Positions 8,584-16,791 of a stretch of DNA of 50,134 nt are shown here, piece after piece; within the stretch, counting starts at the first letter, position 1; every line of letters begins with the position of its first letter. A program made the translations under genes and the position numbers. Source of the DNA: an uncultured bacterium (GTDB lineage: Bacteria; Desulfobacterota; JADFVX01); assembly GCA_965372635.1 (NCBI GenBank), contig CBDVDA010000002.1, positions 1 to 50,134 of the forward strand, written 5' to 3'. Under the pieces are notes generated by a model. It was not told where the DNA came from. It did no database searches and was given only the letters and a program-made list of their open reading frames with translations.

Positions 8584-10062
8584 TCAAAAATTAAAATAGA
8601 TAAACTCGCTCAAGCGGGTCATAAGATATGTGCTCGTTGTTATCAATGCTGCAACAAATAGAGCGGATTTCAGATTCGGTCTGAACGATTCCCTTATTTC
8701 CATCGAGTTTTTTGCAAAAAGTGTAAGCATGAGAACAACCAACAGGGCAAAGAAGGTTTCATTGCCTCCCTTAACAGAAGCAAATACGTTTTCCGAAAAT
8801 GACACTTTCAGGTCAAGCGCATTGAAATATTCCTTTGTCCAAAGAGGCAATTGCATGCCGTTCAAGCCAAGCATTCCCTTGTAAACCTTAACTGCATCAG
8901 CAATCGTATTTGCCCGAAACATAACCCATGCAAAATGAATAAAGAGAAAGGTCAGCGCCCACCTGAGCGATTGGGGGAGTCCAATATTCAGTTTGCTGAA
9001 CCACCGGTGAATAATGCTTCCTACCCCATGCATTACACCCCATAATACAAAGGTCCATCCGGCGCCGTGCCACAAACCGCCGAGGAAGAAAGTAATAAAA
9101 ATATTCGCATACATCGATATATTTCTTTTTCGATTGCCTCCAAGTGGTATGTAAACATAATCCCGCAGCCAACGGCTTAATGTCATGTGCCATCTGCGCC
9201 AGAAATCTCTTATATTGAGTGCCTTGTAAGGTGAATTGAAATTCAAAGGCAACTTGATATTGAAACAGTAGGCTGTGCCTATCGCCATGTCCGTATAGCC
9301 GCTGAAATCAAAATATATCTGGAATGTGTAACTGAGCGAAGCTGCCCAGGCGTCTATAAAATGGAGCGTTGTTGTATGGTCGAAGCCGGCAGTGGCCCAC
9401 TTCGCAAAGGTATCCGCAATAACTACTTTTTTAAATAAGCCGATGGACAGAAGGAGAATGCCCGATGCCATGTTCTGCCAATTGATGAGCTGGTTTCTTA
9501 ATGAGTGAAATTGCGGCATCATTTCCTTGTGGTGCACAATGGGTCCTGCAATCAACTGCGGAAAAAAGGAAACAAAGAGGCAGTATTTTAGAAAGTCATA
9601 TTCTTTTGAAATTGTTTTGTAACTATCTACCAGGTAGGCAATTTGCTGAAAAGTAAAAAAGCTGATGGCAAGAGGAAGGGCCAGAGATAACAAGCTAAAC
9701 TCTGAACCGGAAAGCATATTTACGTTATGAATAAAGAAATCGGCATATTTGTAAAAGCCAAGGAATCCGAGATTAAAGAGGATTCCTGCTGCCAGCAATT
9801 TTTTGGGTGACATTATGACATTCTGATTTTTACCGGACCCTGAAACCATCTTCGTGAGGGTTGTACCGATCCCATAATTTACAAGGATTGACGAAAGCAA
9901 AAGGGGGAGATATATAGGATTCCAGTAGGCATAAAAAAAGAAGGACGATAAAACCAGCCATACCCTGCCCGCCAGGGCAAGGCGAAATTTGGTCAGGTTA
10001 AAATAAACAATTATGACTATAGGAAGAAAACAGTAGAGATAAACATATGAGTTGAAAAGCAA
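8584..10062 (-). CDS. MBOAT-family membrane O-acyltransferase (AlgI/DltB-like)
   Basis: 492 aa and polytopic. It has the signature FWRRWHMTLSRWLRDYVYIPLGGNR and the conserved His region GGLWHGAGWTFVLWGVMHG. Confidence 0.85.
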   Translation of the reverse strand: MLFNSYVYLYCFLPIVIIVYFNLTKFRLALAGRVWLVLSSFFFYAYWNPIYLPLLLSSILVNYGIGTTLTKMVSGSGKNQNVIMSPKKLLAAGILFNLGFLGFYKYADFFIHNVNMLSGSEFSLLSLALPLAISFFTFQQIAYLVDSYKTISKEYDFLKYCLFVSFFPQLIAGPIVHHKEMMPQFHSLRNQLINWQNMASGILLLSIGLFKKVVIADTFAKWATAGFDHTTTLHFIDAWAASLSYTFQIYFDFSGYTDMAIGTAYCFNIKLPLNFNSPYKALNIRDFWRRWHMTLSRWLRDYVYIPLGGNRKRNISMYANIFITFFLGGLWHGAGWTFVLWGVMHGVGSIIHRWFSKLNIGLPQSLRWALTFLFIHFAWVMFRANTIADAVKVYKGMLGLNGMQLPLWTKEYFNALDLKVSFSENVFASVKGGNETFFALLVVLMLTLFAKNSMEIRESFRPNLKSALFVAALITTSTYLMTRLSEFIYFNF

Positions 10063-10395
10063 TCAATTACCCCTAAACGTTGATAGCAGCAGTCACCCCA
10101 TATATATGGTAATGGCCAATGAAAGATTTAAAAAAACTATATGGTTTATGGCTAACTGCAAAACGGGTATTATATGACTATTTAGTTGATAAGCAATAAA
10201 AAAACTATGGTGTTGTGCTGAAGTCGTTGAATACTTTTAATGTGCCTATTTTTTCAATAATGTCTCTTTGATTCGATGAGACCCCTAATCTTCAATATCC
10301 ATGACAACACTATCTTTTAATAAATCTCATCGTTGCAGTTCTAACACCTTTAAAGCTTGTTTACTATTTATTTTAAAAATAATGCGTTTCAAGAT

Positions 10396-10425
10396 AGGTG
10401 GAGGCTTAATTTTAAGCCTCCACCT
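10396..10425 (-). terminator. Strong GC hairpin immediately downstream of the secreted-protein gene
   Basis: aggtggaggcttaa / ttaagcctccacct forms a 13-14 bp perfect palindromic stem 23 nt after the stop at 10448. There is no clean U-run, so the assignment as an intrinsic terminator is tentative. Confidence 0.45.
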
Positions 10426-10447
10426 CAATAAAATAATTGATAAAAAA

Positions 10448-11383
10448 TTATGGACAGGTGACGGATGCCGTACTCAAGGTACCGGAATTGTCTACAGTGA
10501 GCCGGTAGCAGTTTGAACCGTCCGTTGCTCTGAGTATTACACCCTTGCCTTGCGTCGTCACCGAGGCGTCACCCCCCTCAACTTCCAGAGCGCTGCCGGG
10601 ATTCGTGGTGCCGATACCAACCCTACCCCTGTTTGTTACCGTCATGGCGTCACCATAGTAAGTATCCCTTATTTCAAGAAGAGGGAAGAGGACATTATTA
10701 TATATTCCTCCATCATCATTCACACCCTCGATAATTACCGATGCTTTCTTCGCCGTCTGGGTGCCATAATCATCCTGAATATATAAGGCCGGTTGATTGT
10801 TCCAGTCGTTGGTAGACGGGTGGACACTTGTTATCTTCACGTCCGCTTTGTCCTCATCTGCGCCAAGGCTACCAGTTCTCTTAACTTCCAAACGCGAATC
10901 GGTAGTTGAAGTCCCGATGCCCATTGTACCGGTGAGGGCATCATAATAGATATCATCTGCAATCGTCAGTGATCCTGAATTTTCTAAAATAAGCGAATCA
11001 CCAAAATAATCGTCTGTTAGATAAAGGTGAGGGAAAATATCTGGACTAAAACTAGAATGCACACTTTTTATCATAAAGGTTGGGTGCTTCTCCTGGTTGC
11101 CGTAATCATCCTCTATATACAGCGCAGTCTGGTTGTTCCAATCGTCATCAGCAGATCTTTTGCTTGTTATCTTCACGTCTGCAGCGTCCGCACCACCGCC
11201 AAAGCCTTGATCTCTCTTAATCTCCACCCCGTAACCATCATGCCCGCTGGAATAATTCGAGTATGAACCTGCGGTTATGTCCGCACCATCGGCATGTACG
11301 GTGGAATGACTCAACAAAAGACAGACTACTAAAAGAACCGATAAAAAAAATGATTTGCATTTCCATTTGTACGCAGTTTTCAT
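10448..11383 (-). CDS. Secreted protein with two ~95-aa internal repeats
   Basis: 311 aa. Signal peptide KSFFLSVLLVVCLLLSHSTVHA. Repeat 1 is ADVKITSKRSADDDWNNQTALYIEDDYGNQ...MGIGTSTTDSRLEVK. Repeat 2 is ADVKITSVHPSTNDWNNQPALYIQDDYGTQ...VGIGTTNPGSALEVE. The C-terminal Cys pair is NCYRLTVDNSGTLSTASVTCP. Confidence 0.6.
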   Translation of the reverse strand: MKTAYKWKCKSFFLSVLLVVCLLLSHSTVHADGADITAGSYSNYSSGHDGYGVEIKRDQGFGGGADAADVKITSKRSADDDWNNQTALYIEDDYGNQEKHPTFMIKSVHSSFSPDIFPHLYLTDDYFGDSLILENSGSLTIADDIYYDALTGTMGIGTSTTDSRLEVKRTGSLGADEDKADVKITSVHPSTNDWNNQPALYIQDDYGTQTAKKASVIIEGVNDDGGIYNNVLFPLLEIRDTYYGDAMTVTNRGRVGIGTTNPGSALEVEGGDASVTTQGKGVILRATDGSNCYRLTVDNSGTLSTASVTCP

Positions 11384-12187
11384 AATATTTAAACACCTCC
11401 ATTAATTTTTTAATCAATTAAAATGGTTTGACCTGCTTGAAAGCCAAAACAGATTACCAAAGTAGTCTTCTCCCTCCCTTCCCAAGCAAAATACAAAAAT
11501 AATTACACCTTCATGCTTAATGTAAGTTTCCATTAAATCAGGTCTCTATATTATGTACTCCTATAAGGCGACAACTTTGCGGCAAAACCTTAGCACAAAC
11601 GTTACATTTACAGGGCGAATGTACACACTAAACACTAAGCCCTAACTACATGTCAAGGACAAACCACACAAATACCCACTAATCCACCAATATACAAATT
11701 CCTACCCAATAGTTACGACACTATTCCCCTAAAAATACCCCTAAATTAGCCAAATACACCCTTGAGACACCCCAAAATACCCCAGAGTAGCACAATAATA
11801 TCACCACAAAACAGCCTGAAACAGTCAAATTAACACAAAAACCAGCATGCTGCCAATATCAGTCAACACTTAACACTTAATAAAGCCGTCTGACTATTAA
11901 AAGCGCATCAAGGTATGAAATTGCGGCAGAATACGTTTTAAATGTTGGGCAAAATCTTGTCGGGTAGGGCCAAAGCAAATAGCTGACATGTAAGAACAAT
12001 GTCCTAAAAAAAGCCATCTTACTACCCTTAGAGGCTTTTTTAGGGTGAAATGGCGGTTTAAGAAACATCTAAAGCCCTGGATTCCACATCGGGCTTGGTT
12101 TATCCAGGTCAATAGCCGGGGGAATGGCAAGCAGGGAAATGCAGGTTAACTTGTTTACTCGTTTTTATGTTCGAGATGGAAAAGGGG

Positions 12188-12240
12188 CTTTGATGTTTCG
12201 GCGTGTCCTCACGCCGGAAACAGGACCTGCGTATTTTTTA
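12188..12240. repeat. Copy B of the ~53-nt intergenic repeat; copy A is at 6950-7002
   Basis: See copy A. This copy contains the hairpin gtttcggcgtg-tcct-cacgccggaaac (12195-12221). Confidence 0.6.
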
Positions 12241-12299
12241 TTTCGGTGTGAGGACACACCGAAATATCTGAGGAGGTTAAAAAAATAAGAATAGCCTCT

Positions 12300-13848
12300 C
12301 GGGGTGTTGAAAAACCCCTCTTTTAGAATCTAAAATTGGCTGACCAAATTAGTTTTTGCTATTCCCTTTAATGGGAGAAACCTTTTATCCATAACCATCT
12401 TATCCATCATGTGCTGTATAGTGGTAAATATTGGACGTATTAATAATAAAAGTTGGGACTTAAAGGTAGCCAGTCTCTTTAAATTGATTACTGCCGCTGT
12501 CAGGTAAACCTGAATGGCAACATTAGACAAACCTCTCCGCACTGCCCGCCGCAATCCATGCTGTGTTTTGGCCTCGCCATGTATACCTTCAACCATCCAT
12601 CGGTGCCGACTGTAACACTCCCTTGTTTCCCTGTCCCAATTCCGCTTTCTTCGTCTTGCCCTCAACAATGCCTCATATCCGTCTACTATCAAAACGGTAC
12701 GTACCTTCGCGCTGGGTGGAATACAACGAGCCTTTAATAAACAACTACCGCAGTCCCTAGCCTTGGCTCGGTATACCCAACCCTTTGGAACCTTGCTTGC
12801 ACGTTTCATATGCTTACTAGCCGGACACGTCACTCTCTGGTGCCTGCCATCATATTTGAAACGTCTTAGAGGGAGCCTCTCGGCTTTGCTCCTTTCCCTT
12901 TGAGGAGGAATAACGGCGTCCGTCCCTCGCTCTTCCAATTCCTTGTAATTCCCGTGGTGTGCATAAGATGCATCGGCGCTTAAACATTTAACTTTCTTAC
13001 CGGTAATCGTCTCTATTCTATTAACCCCGTCCATTAACAAAGTACCTTCATTAACTTCACCTGTTGTCAGGTCAATATCTACAATTATCCCGGCCTCGTC
13101 GTCTACCGTTGTATGCTGTTTATAGGTCGGCTCCAGCCGGTTCTTCTTGTTTGACGTGGCCATTGTAGCATCGGGATCGGTGGTGCTTCGCTTCTTCGGA
13201 TAACGACGCTGAGCCCTTGGCCTGCCGCGCTTGACCGGGTTCTCTTCATCTTCGATACTGTTCTCTTCCAGAACTTTATCGGCGTACTCCGTTGTCAGGC
13301 TTTCCCATGAAACGTCGGCACGAATAAGAGTAGCGTCAGTATGAATCGTATCGCCATCAACCAACCCTGCATCAATACATGACTTTATCGTATTTTCGAA
13401 GATTGCCTTAAACCGATCAGCCCCCCAGCGCTGACGTATCTTTGTTAAGCTGCTATGGTCAGGCAGCTTCTCCTCCAGACGATACTCTGCAAACCAGCGA
13501 ATGGCCAGGTTGACCTGTGCCTCCCGCATAAGCTTTCGGTCATGGACTATATTGTGAAAAAACCCGGCCAACATAAGCCTGACAGCCGCCTCTGGATCAA
13601 TGCCTGGACGCCCGTTGTTTTCGCAATAACAATCTTTTACCTCATCATGCAGCCAAGCAAGATCAAGTATTTTGTCCACCTTCTTTAATATATGATCCTT
13701 AGGGATCAGATCATCTAAAGAGCCATGAATAAAAAGTGTGCCCTGCCAGCGGTCCTGTTTGCCTATCATTCAGGTATCTGCCTCCTTGCAATTAGATACC
13801 TGCAATTATATACTTTCTCTCGCTATTTGGGGGTTTTTCAACACCCCG
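12300..13848 (-). mobile_element. Intact insertion sequence, IS5/IS1182-type, 1549 bp
   Basis: Perfect 19-bp terminal inverted repeats, cggggtgttgaaaaacccc (12300-12318) and ggggtttttcaacaccccg (13830-13848), bracket a single transposase ORF. No clear target-site duplication is visible. Confidence 0.8.
12330..13769 (-). CDS. DDE transposase (IS5/IS1182 group, InsH/DUF772-like N-terminus)
   Basis: 479 aa. N-terminal GRPGIDPEAAVRLMLAGFF...HSSLTKIRQRW. Candidate DDE residues lie in IHTDATLIRAD, LSADASYAHH and MVEGIHGEAK. Confidence 0.85.
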   Translation of the reverse strand: MIGKQDRWQGTLFIHGSLDDLIPKDHILKKVDKILDLAWLHDEVKDCYCENNGRPGIDPEAAVRLMLAGFFHNIVHDRKLMREAQVNLAIRWFAEYRLEEKLPDHSSLTKIRQRWGADRFKAIFENTIKSCIDAGLVDGDTIHTDATLIRADVSWESLTTEYADKVLEENSIEDEENPVKRGRPRAQRRYPKKRSTTDPDATMATSNKKNRLEPTYKQHTTVDDEAGIIVDIDLTTGEVNEGTLLMDGVNRIETITGKKVKCLSADASYAHHGNYKELEERGTDAVIPPQRERSKAERLPLRRFKYDGRHQRVTCPASKHMKRASKVPKGWVYRAKARDCGSCLLKARCIPPSAKVRTVLIVDGYEALLRARRRKRNWDRETRECYSRHRWMVEGIHGEAKTQHGLRRAVRRGLSNVAIQVYLTAAVINLKRLATFKSQLLLLIRPIFTTIQHMMDKMVMDKRFLPLKGIAKTNLVSQF

Positions 13849-13859
13849 GCTGAGCCTGA

Positions 13860-14906
13860 TTACTCAACAAGAGCCACAAGATGGCCCGCTACCCCGTCGA
13901 GAGGAAGAACGGCATCGGCAAGTCCGGCGTCAATTACAGCGCGGGGCATGCCGAAGAGGGTAGACGTCTCCTTGTCCTGGGCAAAGACCATCCCCCCTTT
14001 TCCCTTAATCAATCCCGCCCCTTTCGTCCCGTCATCACCCATACCGGTAAGAATAACGGCGACGGCGTCGCTTCCATAGTTCTCGGCAATGGACGCCATG
14101 GAAATATCGGCCGATGGCTTGAGTGTCACCTCTTCGGGCCCTTTATCGAGCCTGATTTTCATTTCTTTCCCGTACTTAAAGACCTTCGTCTGCCAACCGC
14201 CGGGAGCGATATAGACATTCCCCGGCGTCAGTGTATCGCCGTCGGCGGCCTCCTTCACAGAGAGTTTACTCATGGCGTCGAGACTTTGAGAGAGCGATTT
14301 CGTAAAAAGGGGAGGCATATGCTGGACGATGAGGACCGGCATGGGATAACCGGCCGGCAAGAAAGGAACGACCCTGTTTAGCGCCTGAACGCCCCCCGTG
14401 GACGACGCGATGAAAAGAATCGACTTTTCGGGAGACTTGACCGTTTCTACCTCCCGACGGGGAACGGCCAGCGGCCGCGCCTCTGTCCCCTTGTTACGGA
14501 GTCTTTTACCCGCAGAGGCAGCCGTAACGATTTTCCCGATCAAGTCCCCCTGCACCTTTCCGAGATCGAGGGATATGGCGCCCGAGGGTTTCTCGATAAA
14601 ATCGATGGCGCCCGCTTCGAGCGCCCGAAGAGTAAGATCAGCCCCTTTCTTCGTGTAGGCGCTGAACATGACAACCGGTGTGGGGGCACTCTCCATGATG
14701 CGGTTCAGCGTGTCGAGTCCGTTCATCCCCGGAAGTTCCCAGTCGAGGGTAATCACATCGGGAGCGACGGTGGGAATGCTTTTCAACGCCTCTTCCCCGC
14801 TTCCGAGGAGAGAGACGACCTCGATCCTGTGGTCGGAAGAGATGAGGGTGGAAATCGCCTTCCTCATAAAGTTCGAATCGTCCACCACCATCACTCTGAT
14901 TGCCAT
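13860..14906 (-). CDS. cheB: Protein-glutamate methylesterase/deamidase CheB (REC plus methylesterase)
   Basis: 348 aa. REC region VMVVDDSNFMRK...VITLDWELPGMNG. Esterase motifs IASSTGG, LIVQHMP and LTGMGDDG. Confidence 0.92.
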   Translation of the reverse strand: MAIRVMVVDDSNFMRKAISTLISSDHRIEVVSLLGSGEEALKSIPTVAPDVITLDWELPGMNGLDTLNRIMESAPTPVVMFSAYTKKGADLTLRALEAGAIDFIEKPSGAISLDLGKVQGDLIGKIVTAASAGKRLRNKGTEARPLAVPRREVETVKSPEKSILFIASSTGGVQALNRVVPFLPAGYPMPVLIVQHMPPLFTKSLSQSLDAMSKLSVKEAADGDTLTPGNVYIAPGGWQTKVFKYGKEMKIRLDKGPEEVTLKPSADISMASIAENYGSDAVAVILTGMGDDGTKGAGLIKGKGGMVFAQDKETSTLFGMPRAVIDAGLADAVLPLDGVAGHLVALVE

Positions 14907-14981
14907 TTTCTACCTTTGCTTTACCTTTCTTTTACTTGCCACAACAAAACTCTTATACAAACAGGCACTTCGAGGAGAGCG

Positions 14982-16613
14982 CTAACCTTCCGCCTGATCC
15001 GTCCCGGCAGGCAGGCAAAAGAAAAATCGGCTCCCACCGCCTTCCCTTTTTTCGAGCCCTATACTCCCTCCATGGGCCGCTACAAATTTCTTGCAAATGT
15101 AGAGACCGAGCCCCCGGCCTTCCTTTTTTTTGCCCGAAGTAAAGTAATCATCGAAGATATTGGGGATTTCGTCCTCCCCGATCCCCTTGCCGTCGTCTTC
15201 CACGAAAACGGTGTACTCCCCGTCACTCCTCTTCCCCCGAAGGGTGACAGAGCACCCTTTATCGTTATGCAAAAGGGCGTTCGTTATGAGATTCTCCAAA
15301 ACCCGGACGACCTTGCCGGCATCGATGAGAAGGGTGGCGTCATCGGACTCCCCGGAGAGAGAGAGCGCTATCCCTTCCTTCCTGGCGAGGGGGGCCATCT
15401 TCTCCACTGCCGAGCGGAGGATCCCTCCCATATCTTCCGGCTGTAGTTTCAGATCGAGTTTGCCCGACTCCAGATGCGAAATTTCCTGCAAGTCCCTCGC
15501 AAAAGCGATCAACTGTTCGCAGCTGTCGAGGGACATAGTCAACATGGTCCGCTGGGCCTCGTTGAGCTCGCCGAGCGCGTCATCGAGAAGCGCCTCCGTT
15601 CCGGAACAGATGACCGACAGAGGCGCCCTCAGATCATGGGCCGTCATGGCAAAGAACTCCGCCCTTAAGTCATGAAGCTGCTGCAGGCTCTCGTTGGCGC
15701 TCTCCAGTTCGGCCTTTTTATCTCTCAGCCGGGCGATGAATGATGCGTTTTTTATGGCATTGCTCGCCGCTGCGGCAATAATTTTCGCCAGACGGATATC
15801 CTCGTCGTCAAAGACCTCCTTTTTCCCCCTGGCTCTCAAAAAGAGGGTCCCCATCACTTCATCGTAAAAAACGAGGGGAATAACCGCCATGGACGTAATA
15901 TTGAGTTCAGCAAAGGTCTTCGCCATCCCTTTCAATCGCTGGTCGTTATGGACGTCCCTGATAATCACATCTTTTTTTGAATCGAAGGCATGCATGATCT
16001 CCGGGTATTTGTCGAGATCGATTTCTATTTCTTCTTCATCCCCTATGTCGCTACAGGCGATTATCCTTCCTCTTTTTTTCTTTTCATCCACCACGATGAC
16101 CGTGACCCGCCCGTCCACCTGTTTGGATGCCTTCTCAGCCAAGACCTGGAGTACCCTCTTTACGTCGAGATCGGAGGTTATCTCGATCATGATATCCATG
16201 ATGGCCGACTGGTCTCTCTTAATCCTGTCGACCCTGTCGTAGAGAGCCTTCGATCTTAAATGTGCACCTACCCTGGCGAGGATGATTTTCGGTGACGCCG
16301 ATTTTGTGATAAAATCGTCGGCCCCCACGGCAAGCGCCTTCAAGGCATGTTCGTCCGCATCGAGGGCGGTGAGCATCAATATGGGGACGGCGCTCAACTC
16401 TTTTCGTTCCCTGATCCGCCTGCAGGTTTCGATCCCGTCGATACCGGGCATCATCACGTCGAGAAGAATGAGATCGGGGGCCCTATCGTCTAAAATCTTT
16501 AACGCCTCTTCTCCCGTCGCCGCATGACTGATTTTATGGAACTGAACCTCCAGGAGATCGGAGATCAATTCTCTTTGCATATTGTCGTCATCGACAAGGA
16601 GGATGTTTGCCAT
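14982..16613 (-). CDS. REC-GAF-HisKA-HATPase sensor histidine kinase
   Basis: 543 aa. REC is ILLVDDD...LILLDVMMPGIDG. A central GAF-like region follows. The H-box is FFAMTAHDLRAPL. The ATPase motifs are NALLHN, DDGKGI and GRGLGL. Confidence 0.85.
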   Translation of the reverse strand: MANILLVDDDNMQRELISDLLEVQFHKISHAATGEEALKILDDRAPDLILLDVMMPGIDGIETCRRIRERKELSAVPILMLTALDADEHALKALAVGADDFITKSASPKIILARVGAHLRSKALYDRVDRIKRDQSAIMDIMIEITSDLDVKRVLQVLAEKASKQVDGRVTVIVVDEKKKRGRIIACSDIGDEEEIEIDLDKYPEIMHAFDSKKDVIIRDVHNDQRLKGMAKTFAELNITSMAVIPLVFYDEVMGTLFLRARGKKEVFDDEDIRLAKIIAAAASNAIKNASFIARLRDKKAELESANESLQQLHDLRAEFFAMTAHDLRAPLSVICSGTEALLDDALGELNEAQRTMLTMSLDSCEQLIAFARDLQEISHLESGKLDLKLQPEDMGGILRSAVEKMAPLARKEGIALSLSGESDDATLLIDAGKVVRVLENLITNALLHNDKGCSVTLRGKRSDGEYTVFVEDDGKGIGEDEIPNIFDDYFTSGKKKEGRGLGLYICKKFVAAHGGSIGLEKREGGGSRFFFCLPAGTDQAEG

Positions 16614-16791
16614 AAGGGATTAAATTCGTTTCTTTTTTTATGCTGGAAAAAGCGCCGGGCCTTCACGGGAAACCGGCCGATTTATTTGGAACAACCGCCT
16701 GAGAAAAGAGTCCGGTTGTTTGTAATCACTGATAAAAAACTCTATGAATGCAGGTATTCCTGTTAATCCCGCTGAGACGTCGAAGCTCCGG

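Noticed and set aside
11877-12130. Two overlapping small minus-strand ORFs (63 and 77 aa) in the gene-free part of the island
   Set aside because: They have no convincing RBS and no recognisable motifs, and they overlap each other in different frames. They may be relics, but the evidence is not enough to call a CDS.
7163-12187. Calling the AT-rich island a prophage, ICE or integrative element
   Set aside because: No integrase, recombinase, excisionase, relaxase or phage structural gene is present. The only mobility gene is the separate IS. It is reported as an island with repeat-defined borders, and the mechanism is left open.
16645-16680. Possible minus-strand intrinsic terminator (GCCGG...CCGGC followed by CUUUUU) between the HAMP-HK and the REC-GAF-HK
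   Set aside because: The stem is short and interrupted. The site lies only about 30 nt upstream of the next start codon, leaving no room for a promoter. It is too weak to list as a feature and could be an attenuator.
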